DNA of 64,000 nt from Bacteroidales bacterium (lineage in GTDB: Bacteria > Bacteroidota > Bacteroidia > Bacteroidales > UBA932), in contig JAFSJK010000063.1 of NCBI GenBank assembly GCA_017439305.1, positions 14,367-78,366 of the forward strand, written 5' to 3'. Position 1 is the first letter of the stretch; each line of letters begins with the position of its first letter. Positions 18,070 to 29,141 of the stretch are shown one piece after another. Made by a program: the position numbers and the translations under genes. The notes beneath the pieces are model-generated. The model had not been told where the DNA came from. It saw only the letters and a program-made list of their open reading frames with translations, and made no database searches.

Positions 18070-19194
18070 CTAATTATATAAGGTGACGCCTTCCACCACG
18101 CGGGAAATATTGCCCGAAACGGAAGGGGTGTCGGGGCACAGCCCCGTATCGATCGATTTGAACAGTCCCAGCATCTGGCCCACGAAAGCATAGCTCACGC
18201 AGCCGTAGCAGGGGGGCATGGAAGGCGTGATGCCGGTTTCCACGCAGAGGTCGTAGCTGTCTTCCTCCAGCTCGGGCTTCTCGAAGCAGGCCACCAGGAC
18301 GCCTTTCACGTTATTGTTGGCCTTGACCTGGCGGATGAGGTCCAGTTCATAGCGGCGCACCGCCGGATTCGGGGAGACCAGATACACCAGCAGAGAGTCT
18401 TCCTTCACGACGGCCTTGGGACCGTGGCGGAAGCCCAGGAAGGAGTCGAAGGCGCACATGACGGCGCCGTCGGTGAGTTCCTGGAGCTTGAGGCGGCATT
18501 CCTCGGCCACGCCCTTCAGCGGACCGGAGCCCAGGAAGATGGCGCGCTTGAAATCGCGCGAAGCCAGCCGTTCGATGGCCGGTTCATACTTGTACATGGC
18601 TTTCTCCACGCAGGTCGCCACCTCCTTGATGAGGGGGGCGTCTTCCTCGATGCGGCTGATATTGGCGATCATCGAGCAGCAGAGCAGCATGGTGGAATAG
18701 CTGCTGGTCATCGCCAGGGACAGGTCGTTGGTCTCCGGAGGGAGGAGGATGCAAAGGATGTTGTCCCCCTTGGTCCGGGCCAGCTGGCCGTCCTTGTTGC
18801 AGGTGATGAAGATATGGGCCACCTTACCGGCGGTCTTCTCCACGGCCTTGATGGCGCCCACGCTCTCCGGGCTGTTGCCGGAACGGGCGAACGACACCAG
18901 CAGCACCTTGCTGTCGCTGTCGAAGTACATCTGCGGGTTGGTGATGATATCGGTGGTGGCAATGGCGTGCGCCCCCTTGAAGCCAGTAGAGTACAGGGCC
19001 GGTTCCAAAGCGTCGCCGATGTAGGCCGACGTGCCGGCGCCCGTCAGGATGATCTCATAGCCGTCCCGGAGGTATTTACCCGTGAATTCCTCGATCTCCT
19101 GCTTGTGGGCACGGACATAATCCAGGGTCTTCAACCACATCCTGGGCTGCTGAAGGATCTCCTTGTAAGTGTTATAATCGTGTGTCATCGACAT
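18070..19194 (-). CDS. agaS: AgaS-type SIS-domain galactosamine-6-phosphate deaminase/isomerase
   Basis: EILQQP, ILTGAGTSAYIG, SFARSGNSPES, AMTSSYS, LKLQELT, LGFRHGPK, SRVVEGV; start 19194 or 19188. Confidence 0.9.
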   Translation of the reverse strand: MSMTHDYNTYKEILQQPRMWLKTLDYVRAHKQEIEEFTGKYLRDGYEIILTGAGTSAYIGDALEPALYSTGFKGAHAIATTDIITNPQMYFDSDSKVLLVSFARSGNSPESVGAIKAVEKTAGKVAHIFITCNKDGQLARTKGDNILCILLPPETNDLSLAMTSSYSTMLLCCSMIANISRIEEDAPLIKEVATCVEKAMYKYEPAIERLASRDFKRAIFLGSGPLKGVAEECRLKLQELTDGAVMCAFDSFLGFRHGPKAVVKEDSLLVYLVSPNPAVRRYELDLIRQVKANNNVKGVLVACFEKPELEEDSYDLCVETGITPSMPPCYGCVSYAFVGQMLGLFKSIDTGLCPDTPSVSGNISRVVEGVTLYN

Positions 19195-19208
19195 AGTATC
19201 TAGCTTTG

Positions 19209-19216
19209 CAAATGTA
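19209..19216 (-). promoter_or_regulatory. -7 promoter box (TACATTTG) for the agaS-kbaZ-susCD arm
   Basis: TAnnTTTG match just upstream of agaS. Confidence 0.55.
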
Positions 19217-19234
19217 TAAAACATCCGGCAAAAT

Positions 19235-19351
19235 GTTTCGATTTGTGTTTTGAAATTTTGAATTGAAAAAATCGAAACAGAGCCCGTAATTCTGCAACAA
19301 GCTCTGTTTCAATATATTATGGATATTTTAAAAATGTTTCAGACAGTTTCG
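19235..19351. promoter_or_regulatory. Candidate AgaR operators upstream of agaS
   Basis: GTTTCG 19235, CGAAAC 19273, GTTTCA/GTTTCG at 19336/19346 (10-bp spacing). Confidence 0.5.
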
Positions 19352-19357
19352 ATTATT

Positions 19358-20149
19358 TTATAGGACAACCGTTTCAACATTGATCTTCATCGCCTTGAGC
19401 TGCCGTTTCACATTGGCGGGCAGGTTATTGTCCGTAATGACCGTATGGATTTTCTGGGTTTCGGCGATGAAGGCGAGGGCCCGCTTGTTCACCTTGGAGG
19501 AATCGAAGACGGCAATCACCTCCCGGGCGCGGGAGATCATCACCTGGTTCGTGCTGGCTTCCTCCACGCTGGGGGTGGAGAGGCCGGTCTCCACCGAGAA
19601 ACTGTCCACGCCCAGGAACAGCTTGTCACAGTAGAAAAGCTTCAGGTTGCTCTCCGCCAGCGGCCCCACGATGGAGAGGCTGCTCTCACGCACGGAACCG
19701 CCCAGCAGGATAACCTTGAAACGCTTGTATTTCAATGCTTCCATCATCGCGACGATGGAGTTCGTGATGATCGTGAGATCCTCGAAACGATGCAGGTTCT
19801 TGACCACTTCCAGGGCGGTGGAGCCGGAGTCCACGAGGATGGTGTCCCCGTTCTTGATATGGGCAGCTGCGGCACGGCCAATGGCCTCCTTCTCGCGCGC
19901 GTTTACCAATTTCTTGAAGTTCACGTGCCGCTCCTCCACCTCGTCATTGATAGGGGAAGCTCCGAGGATGGCGCCTCCGTGAACCCGCACCAGCAACTTC
20001 CTTTCCTTCAGGATGCGAAGGTCCTTTCGGATCGTCACTTCCGAAACGCCGAAACGTTTGCTGAGTTCGCTTACATTGACGGAAGAGTCGTCCTTCAGGA
20101 GCTGAAGGATGGCGGAACGGCGGCCCTGGGCTGAATCGTAGATATCCAT
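19358..20149 (-). CDS. agaR: DeoR-family transcriptional regulator (AgaR-like)
   Basis: Start reset to MDIYDSAQGRR; ELSKRFGVSEVTIRKDL HTH; LVDSGST; DKLFLGVD; DSSK. Confidence 0.88.
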   Translation of the reverse strand: MDIYDSAQGRRSAILQLLKDDSSVNVSELSKRFGVSEVTIRKDLRILKERKLLVRVHGGAILGASPINDEVEERHVNFKKLVNAREKEAIGRAAAAHIKNGDTILVDSGSTALEVVKNLHRFEDLTIITNSIVAMMEALKYKRFKVILLGGSVRESSLSIVGPLAESNLKLFYCDKLFLGVDSFSVETGLSTPSVEEASTNQVMISRAREVIAVFDSSKVNKRALAFIAETQKIHTVITDNNLPANVKRQLKAMKINVETVVL

Positions 20150-20171
20150 TGAAATAGCATTAGTGTTGGGG

Positions 20172-20262
20172 CAAAGATAAGGAATATTTTTATACGAAAC
20201 AAAACGAAATACTTTTTTTACCCATAAATCGAAACCAAGTGAAATATTTTCGGTTTTTTTCG
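20172..20262. promoter_or_regulatory. Divergent agaR/pfkB promoter region with phased CGAAA/TTTCG repeats
   Basis: -7 box TATCTTTG (minus, 20172-20179); CGAAAC/CGAAAT 20195/20205; CGAAAC/TGAAAT 20230/20240; TTTCG 20248/20258. Confidence 0.6.
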
Positions 20263-20289
20263 CATCTTTGCAACATAAAACCACATAGC

Positions 20290-21243
20290 ATGAAAAAGTA
20301 CGACATCGCAGCCATCGGCGAACTCAACGTAGACATCATCCTGAACGGCATCGAATCGGAGCCGGAAATCGGCAAGGAAAAGTTCTGCAAGGACATGATC
20401 GTCACACTGGGCAGTTCCACGGCCATCTTTGCCGCCAATGCGGCCGCCCTGGGCAGCAAGGTCTGCTTCGTGGGCCTGGTCGGCCGGGATTCTTTCGGCC
20501 AGCTCGTCCGCACTTCCCTGGAAGCCAAGGGCGTCGCCACCCAGTTCATCGGCGAGGGGGACACCCCCACCGGCGCCACCATCTGCATGAATTACGGCGA
20601 AGACCGCGCCAACCTCACCTATCAGGGTTCCATGGACGTGATGGGTTTCGACCAGATTGACAAGAGCGTTTTCGACCTGGCCAGGCACATCCACCTTTCC
20701 TCCCTGTTCATGCAGAGCGCCCTGCTGAGGGACATCCATCAGGTACTGGACCTCGCGGCGGAAAAAGGCTGCACGGTGTCGCTGGACACCCAGTGGGACC
20801 CGATGGAGAAATGGGCGCTGGATTATCCCAGGGTGCTGCCCAAGGTAACGGTTTTCATGCCCAACGAGAAAGAGTTGTGCGCGCTTACCGGCAAGGATTC
20901 GCTGGATGACGCCATCGCCGAGGTGCTCCCCTGCCTGGGCGGAATCATGCTGGTGAAATGCGGCTCCAAGGGTTCCCTGCTGGTGAAGAAGGACGGCTCC
21001 CGGAAACTGCTCCCCGCTTTCCTGAACAAGGAAGTCGTGGATGCCATCGGCGCCGGCGACAGTTTCAACTCCGGCTTCATCAGCGCCTTCGTGAAAGGAC
21101 TTCCGGCCGAAGTCTGCCAGATAACCGGCAACCTTACGGGCGCGGTGAACACCACCGCCGCGGGCGGAACCGGTGCCTTCACCTCCCTGGAGGACGTCCG
21201 GAAGGTGTGCAAGGAGCGCTTCGGACAGGAACTCGCCCTGTAG
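20290..21243 (+). CDS. PfkB family carbohydrate kinase
   Basis: Start reset to MKKYDIAAIGELNVD; GSSTAIFAANAAALG; DAIGAGDSFNSGF. Confidence 0.9.
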   Translation: MKKYDIAAIGELNVDIILNGIESEPEIGKEKFCKDMIVTLGSSTAIFAANAAALGSKVCFVGLVGRDSFGQLVRTSLEAKGVATQFIGEGDTPTGATICMNYGEDRANLTYQGSMDVMGFDQIDKSVFDLARHIHLSSLFMQSALLRDIHQVLDLAAEKGCTVSLDTQWDPMEKWALDYPRVLPKVTVFMPNEKELCALTGKDSLDDAIAEVLPCLGGIMLVKCGSKGSLLVKKDGSRKLLPAFLNKEVVDAIGAGDSFNSGFISAFVKGLPAEVCQITGNLTGAVNTTAAGGTGAFTSLEDVRKVCKERFGQELAL

Positions 21244-21277
21244 ATGGAATCAGGAAAACAGTAAAACATACGCGACC

Positions 21278-22468
21278 ATGAAAACGAGAAAACTGCTTGC
21301 CTTGCTGCTGTTGTTGCCGCTGCTCACTTACTGCGACAAGAAGAACCCGGACCCGATCGAGGATGATCCCATCGAGAAACCCGAACCGGGACCGGTGGAT
21401 CCCGTCGACGAGGATCCCTATGCCGATGCGGCCACCGAGGTGAAAAACGGGGACCTCATCCTCGTGACCAACGAGAGAATGCAGGCTTTCCTGGAAGACG
21501 TAACCTACCCCGAGCGGGATTATAGCGAAACGCACATCCTGGACGAAAAATACGCCCCCACCGCCCCCGGCAACGCGGACAAGCCCCAGGAATACTCCAT
21601 CCGCTGGACGAAAGCCAACGCAGAGGGCGACAAGATCGTGAAACTCTGGGAGGATGACGGCTGGAGCCGCGAAATGACCGTCGAAAGCGGCGAATACTAT
21701 GTGAACATCATCAACCTCCGCCCGAACGCCCATTATCATTATGAGGTGAAAGGCGCGGGCGGCAAGACGGTGACTTCCGGCGAATTCGACACCAAGGGCC
21801 TTGTGTATCAAGTCCTTTTCAAGGCAAACGTGCGCAACGCGCGTGACCTGGGCGGCTGGAAGGCAGCCCGCGGCAAGACGGTGAAATACCGGATGATCTA
21901 CCGCGGCGGACGCCTGCAGCCCAGCACGCTCACCAGCAAGCGCGGCAAGGAAGACCTGAAGGCCCAGGGCATCCTGGCCCAGCTGGACCTGCGCGGCAAG
22001 AGCGACGTGCTGAGCGGTCCGACCGTGGACTACATGGACTTCTGCGCCCCTGTCATCGAGGAGGGCTACACCCAGATGCTCCGTGATGACGGCGCCAAGG
22101 TGAAGCAGTGCTTCGAATATATCACCCAATGCGTGAAGGACAACAAGCCCGTCTACTATCACTGCTCCCTGGGCCGCGACCGTACCGGCACCCTCACGAT
22201 GCTCCTCCTGGGCGTCCTGGGCGTGAACGAGGGCGACATTTCCAAGGAATACGAACTCACCCAGTTCGCTCCCTACGAGTGGGCCACCTCCGGTGGCGAG
22301 ACCACGAAGATGACGCGCCGGGCGGACTACAAAGGCGCCGCCAACTACATCTGGAACAACTTCGTCAGCGATGGCGAGACCTTTGCCCAGGGCGTGATGA
22401 AGTATCTGCTTTCCATCGGCGTGGAAGAGAAGACCATCCTCGATTTCTGCGCCCTGATGCTTGAATAA
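21278..22468 (+). CDS. Lipoprotein tyrosine-phosphatase-like (CX5R) enzyme with FN3-like domain
   Basis: Start MKTRKLLALLLLLPLLTYC; NARDLGGW, IYRGG, LDLR, HCSLGRDRTG. Confidence 0.85.
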   Translation: MKTRKLLALLLLLPLLTYCDKKNPDPIEDDPIEKPEPGPVDPVDEDPYADAATEVKNGDLILVTNERMQAFLEDVTYPERDYSETHILDEKYAPTAPGNADKPQEYSIRWTKANAEGDKIVKLWEDDGWSREMTVESGEYYVNIINLRPNAHYHYEVKGAGGKTVTSGEFDTKGLVYQVLFKANVRNARDLGGWKAARGKTVKYRMIYRGGRLQPSTLTSKRGKEDLKAQGILAQLDLRGKSDVLSGPTVDYMDFCAPVIEEGYTQMLRDDGAKVKQCFEYITQCVKDNKPVYYHCSLGRDRTGTLTMLLLGVLGVNEGDISKEYELTQFAPYEWATSGGETTKMTRRADYKGAANYIWNNFVSDGETFAQGVMKYLLSIGVEEKTILDFCALMLE

Positions 22469-22489
22469 TCAACAAAACACTGCATAGCC

Positions 22490-24028
22490 ATGAACAAGAA
22501 ATGCTGGGCCTTGATGCTCCTCCTCCCCCTGCTCGCTTTCTGCGGGAGCAAGGACGATCCCCAAAAAACGGACCCCGAACCCAAACCGGATGTCAAAGCC
22601 GAAATCGTTATCGACGGTGAGAGTGAATTCAACGTCGGCTGCGAAGAGGGATCCGGCACTTTGTCTTTCACGTCCAATGTCGATTGGACGGCAACGCCTG
22701 ACGATTCCTGGCTGACCGTGACCCCGACCAGCGGCAAGGCATCCAAGTCTCCCGTCACCGTCACGTTCTCTTACGGACAGAACCCGAACCAGAAGAACCG
22801 GTCCACCTATATCGTCCTCTCCGCCGTCGGTGCGGAAAAGAACATCTCCGTCGTCCAGGCCGGCGATCCCATGGCCGGTGCGGCTACGGAACTCAAGAAC
22901 GGTGACCGGGTCCTGGCCAACAGCCCGCTGGTAGAAAAGTTCCTTACCGAGGTGACTTACGAGGACAAGACCTATAAGGAATACACCAAGATCTTCGACT
23001 ACTACGGCGGTTTCGACGGCGTGAACCTCACCTGGGAAAACTGGGAGACCGAGTGGCCCGACGGTGACAAGCCCGAATCTTACAGCCTCCGCTGGAAGAA
23101 AGAGGACATGGAGTCCGGCAAGATCAAGCTCCATCTGGAGGACAAGCTCGGCTGGTCCGGCGACATGGAGATTGCGGAGGGTTCCCGTTATGTAAACATC
23201 ACCAACCTGGTTCCCAACGACAAGTATACCTACAAGGTGACCACGGCCAGCGGAAAGGTCCTCACCGAGGGCGGTTTCAGCACGACGGGGACTATCCACC
23301 AGTGCTTCTTCTCCGGTAACGTCCAGAAAAAGAAAGGCGTCACCCTCAAGGGCGAAGGCGCACGCAACTGCCGTGACCTGGGCGGCTGGAAGACGCTGGA
23401 CGGCAAGACGGTCAAGTACCGCATGGTGTACCGCGGCGGCCGCCTGAACGAGAAGTGGACCCCGTATCCGCTCAATGAGCAGGGCGAGAAAGAAGTCCTG
23501 TTCGAGGGCATCGGCGCCGAGCTGGATCTCCGCGGCAAGTCCGACGTGATCCACGAGCCGGCCGTCGAAGGCCTGCTCCACTGCTCCCCCGTCATCGAGC
23601 AGGGCGGCAAGACGATGCTCACCGCCGACAAGGAGAAGACCAAGGAGTGCTTCGAATTCGTGGTGAACTGCCTGCGCCAGGGCAAGCCGGTCCATTTCCA
23701 CTGCTCCCTGGGCCGCGACCGCACCGGCACCCTGAGCATCCTGCTGATGGGCCTGCTGGGCGTCCGCGAGGGTGACATCGCCAAGGAATATGAACTGACC
23801 TATTTCGCTCCCGTGGGTTACAGCGTGTCCTCCTCCGACAAGGCGAGCAACACCAAGCCCCTCTTCAAGAACACCCGCATGGAATGGGTGTACAGCGACG
23901 TGGTTCCCTACTTCTGGGAGCTCGCCGGAGAGGGAACCTTCGCCCAGGGCGTCGAGAATTACCTCCTGAACGTTGCCGGTGTCAGCCAGAAAGACATCGA
24001 TGATTTCCGCAACATGATGCTTGAATAA
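22490..24028 (+). CDS. Lipoprotein tyrosine-phosphatase-like enzyme with BACON domain (paralog)
   Basis: Lipobox AFC; FTSNVDWTATPDDSWLTVTPTSG (BACON); NCRDLGGW; HCSLGRDRTG. Confidence 0.85.
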   Translation: MNKKCWALMLLLPLLAFCGSKDDPQKTDPEPKPDVKAEIVIDGESEFNVGCEEGSGTLSFTSNVDWTATPDDSWLTVTPTSGKASKSPVTVTFSYGQNPNQKNRSTYIVLSAVGAEKNISVVQAGDPMAGAATELKNGDRVLANSPLVEKFLTEVTYEDKTYKEYTKIFDYYGGFDGVNLTWENWETEWPDGDKPESYSLRWKKEDMESGKIKLHLEDKLGWSGDMEIAEGSRYVNITNLVPNDKYTYKVTTASGKVLTEGGFSTTGTIHQCFFSGNVQKKKGVTLKGEGARNCRDLGGWKTLDGKTVKYRMVYRGGRLNEKWTPYPLNEQGEKEVLFEGIGAELDLRGKSDVIHEPAVEGLLHCSPVIEQGGKTMLTADKEKTKECFEFVVNCLRQGKPVHFHCSLGRDRTGTLSILLMGLLGVREGDIAKEYELTYFAPVGYSVSSSDKASNTKPLFKNTRMEWVYSDVVPYFWELAGEGTFAQGVENYLLNVAGVSQKDIDDFRNMMLE

Positions 24029-24038
24029 ATACGCAGAT

Positions 24039-25439
24039 ATGAAAAAACTGTTAGTACTCGCGGCCCTCGCCGCCGTAGCCTTGTCTTGTGCCAAGAAGGA
24101 CGAGTACGGCTACACTATCAAAGACAACCAGATCGTCTACAACACACCTGCCCGTCCGGCAGACCAGCAGTCCATGCTGGGCTTCGCCGCCGAACCCATC
24201 GAGCACGTCCGGGTCGGGCTCGTCGGCCTGGGCGACCGCGGCACGGGCGCCGTCCGCCGCTTCCCCTTCATCGAGGATGCCACCATCGTCGCCCTCTGCG
24301 ACCTGATGCCCGATCGCGTGGAGAATGCGCAGAAGATCCTTGAAGAGCTGGGAGCCCCCCGCGCCCAGTATGAGTACAGCGGAGAAGAAGGCTACAAGCA
24401 GCTTTGCGAACGGGACGACATAGACCTCGTATACCTGGCCGTGCCCTGGCAGCTCCACACCCCCATCGCCGTCTATGCGATGGAGCACGGAAAGCATGTC
24501 GCCATCGAAGTTCCTGCCGCCACTTCCATCAAGGAGTGCTGGGACCTGGTGAACACCTCTGAGCGCACGCGGAAGCACTGCATGATGCTGGAGAACTGCT
24601 GCTACGATTTCTTCGAGCTCACCTGCCTGAACATGATCCAGCAGGGCCTGTTCGGCGAGGTCGTCCACGTGGAAGGTTCCTACTGCCACAACCTGGAGCC
24701 CTATTGGGACCAGTACCAGGGTGACTGGCGGATGACCTACAACAAGGACCACCACGGCGACGTGTATCCCACGCACGGCATCGGCCCCATCTGCCAGGAC
24801 CTCAACATCCACCGCGGTGACAGGATGGAAGTCCTGGTGTCGATGGACACGGACGCTTTCGCCGGCCAGGAAATGGCTGACAAGCGCTATGGCAAGGGCA
24901 CCGTGGCGAAGTACGCCAACGGTGACAACACCTCCACCCTCATCCGCACCCATAACGGCAAGTCCATCCTCGTGGAGCACAACGTGGTGACCCCTCGTCC
25001 CTACAACCGGATGTACCAGGTGACGGGCACCAAGGGATTTGCGAACAAGTATCCCAACGAAGGTCTCGCCTTGGGTTCCGACCTGGTGAAGGCACCCGTC
25101 GCCTACGATGACCTGGATGCCGAAGAGTACATGTCCGATGCCGACCGTGACGTCGTCATGGAGCAGTACAAGCACCCCATTCTCAAGGAGTTGGAGGAAA
25201 AAGCCCGCGAAGTGGGCGGCCACGGCGGAATGGACTTCATCATGGACTACCGGCTCATCTACTGCCTCAAGCACGGCCTGCCGCTGGACCAGGATGTGTA
25301 TGACGCCGCCGAATGGAGCTCCCTCGTGGAACTGACCGAGGTTTCCATCAACCATGGCAGCATGCCGGTCGTGATGCCGGACTTCACCCGCGGTGAATGG
25401 AACAAGATCCAGGGTCTGACCTTCGCCAAAGCGGAATGA
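24039..25439 (+). CDS. GH109-like Gfo/Idh/MocA enzyme (NAD+-dependent alpha-N-acetylgalactosaminidase)
   Basis: VRVGLVGLGDRG, GKHVAIEVP, MMLENCCY, YPTHG, GGHGGMD, DVYDAAEWS; lipobox LSC. Confidence 0.85.
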   Translation: MKKLLVLAALAAVALSCAKKDEYGYTIKDNQIVYNTPARPADQQSMLGFAAEPIEHVRVGLVGLGDRGTGAVRRFPFIEDATIVALCDLMPDRVENAQKILEELGAPRAQYEYSGEEGYKQLCERDDIDLVYLAVPWQLHTPIAVYAMEHGKHVAIEVPAATSIKECWDLVNTSERTRKHCMMLENCCYDFFELTCLNMIQQGLFGEVVHVEGSYCHNLEPYWDQYQGDWRMTYNKDHHGDVYPTHGIGPICQDLNIHRGDRMEVLVSMDTDAFAGQEMADKRYGKGTVAKYANGDNTSTLIRTHNGKSILVEHNVVTPRPYNRMYQVTGTKGFANKYPNEGLALGSDLVKAPVAYDDLDAEEYMSDADRDVVMEQYKHPILKELEEKAREVGGHGGMDFIMDYRLIYCLKHGLPLDQDVYDAAEWSSLVELTEVSINHGSMPVVMPDFTRGEWNKIQGLTFAKAE

Positions 25440-26806
25440 CCATGTCCGGGAAACTGTTTTGCCTTTTCACGGCCGTCGCCTTTGCGACGGCCGTGATGGT
25501 AGGATGCAACAAGCCCGAGCCTGAAAAGGAACCGGATCCTGTTGAACTGGAGGATCTCAAACTCTCCGTGCCCGTCAAGGACAACTGGGTTTTCTCCGGC
25601 AAGCCTACGCTTACCGTCAACGTGGAGAATCCGAATCCGGTCGCCGCGAAAGCGGAAGTGAAGGTCCGGATCGCCACCGACACGAAGAAGGAAGTGACCA
25701 CTTTCACCAAGGAGGCGGAGGTGCCCGCCAAAGGGTCGATGGACATTGACATGACCGTTCCCGAGGAACTGGCTCCGGGCTTCTACAAGGCTTCCTGCTA
25801 TGTCAACAACCGGTCGGCCCGGATGTTCAACTTCGGCGTATCTCCCGAAAAGATCGTCTCCGCGCCCGACAAACAGGCCGACTTCGACACCTTCTGGGAC
25901 GCGACCATCACCCAGCTCGAGAACGTGGAAATGAACGAAACCCTCATCGAGCTTACGGACCGGAGTTCCAGCGCGGTGAAAGTGTATTTCGTTGAGATGC
26001 AGTCGATTCCGGATGGTCTGGAGGGCGATCCCGTCCTCATCCACGGTTACTACCTGGAGCCGCAGGACGGCCAGAAGCACCCCGTCCTCATCCACTATTT
26101 CGGCTACGACGACCTCAAGCCCGGCGGCAAGCTGGACTGCCCGTCCGGCGGTTCCAAGGCGGAGTTCGCCGAGTTCTACCTGTCCACCCGCGGCCAGATC
26201 ATCAACAACCGGACGGCCGCCCAGCGGAAGGACGGTGTGGAGAAAGATTTCGTGAACACCTACGGGGACTGGTTCGCCTTCAACTTCGGCGACCGCGACG
26301 GTTACTACTACCGCGGCGCCTTCATGGACTGCGTCCAGGCCGTCCGCTTCATGGCGACGCGGGAGACCAGCGACATGGACAACGTCTTTGCCGAAGGCTC
26401 CAGCCAGGGTGGCGCATTCTCCTATGCCGCAGCCGCGCTGAGCCCCTACCCGCTCCGGGCCATCGCTCCCTGCGTGGCCTTCCTCGGTGACTTCCCGGAC
26501 TACTTCAGCATCGTGGACTGGCCCGCGAACGTGGCCCTGAAGAACAAGGGTTCGATGACTGACGCGGAAATGTACACCTTCCTGTCCTACTTCGACACGA
26601 AAAACCTGGCCACGCGCATCACCTGCTCCGTCATCGCGTGCAGCGGCCTGCAGGACGGAACCTGCCCGCCGCACACCAACACGGCCCCGTACAACAACCT
26701 GACCGTCCAGGACAAGCAGATGTTCTACTACCCGCAACTGGCCCACCAGATTCCCAGCGACTGGAACAGCAAGTACATGAAGTTCTTCCGCGACCGGATC
26801 AAATAA
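25436..26806 (+). CDS. CE7/acetylxylan esterase family lipoprotein
   Basis: YYRGAFMDC, GSSQGG nucleophile elbow, GLQDGTCPP; ATGA overlap with GH109. Confidence 0.8.
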   Translation: MTMSGKLFCLFTAVAFATAVMVGCNKPEPEKEPDPVELEDLKLSVPVKDNWVFSGKPTLTVNVENPNPVAAKAEVKVRIATDTKKEVTTFTKEAEVPAKGSMDIDMTVPEELAPGFYKASCYVNNRSARMFNFGVSPEKIVSAPDKQADFDTFWDATITQLENVEMNETLIELTDRSSSAVKVYFVEMQSIPDGLEGDPVLIHGYYLEPQDGQKHPVLIHYFGYDDLKPGGKLDCPSGGSKAEFAEFYLSTRGQIINNRTAAQRKDGVEKDFVNTYGDWFAFNFGDRDGYYYRGAFMDCVQAVRFMATRETSDMDNVFAEGSSQGGAFSYAAAALSPYPLRAIAPCVAFLGDFPDYFSIVDWPANVALKNKGSMTDAEMYTFLSYFDTKNLATRITCSVIACSGLQDGTCPPHTNTAPYNNLTVQDKQMFYYPQLAHQIPSDWNSKYMKFFRDRIK

Positions 26807-26846
26807 CGGATAATACGGCTGAAAAAGGCATTCTATTGCTTTATTA

Positions 26847-26904
26847 CAAAAGACATAAGGGATGGGGCGACTTTTTTTCGGAGCCCCATCCCTTATGTCT
26901 TTTG
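26847..26904. terminator. 22-bp perfect inverted repeat between convergent genes
   Basis: CAAAAGACATAAGGGATGGGGC ... GCCCCATCCCTTATGTCTTTTG. Confidence 0.75.
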
Positions 26905-26932
26905 AAATGTATGTCTTCTGAAAGACCCGAAC

Positions 26933-29137
<2,205 letters not shown>

Positions 29138-29141
29138 TCAA

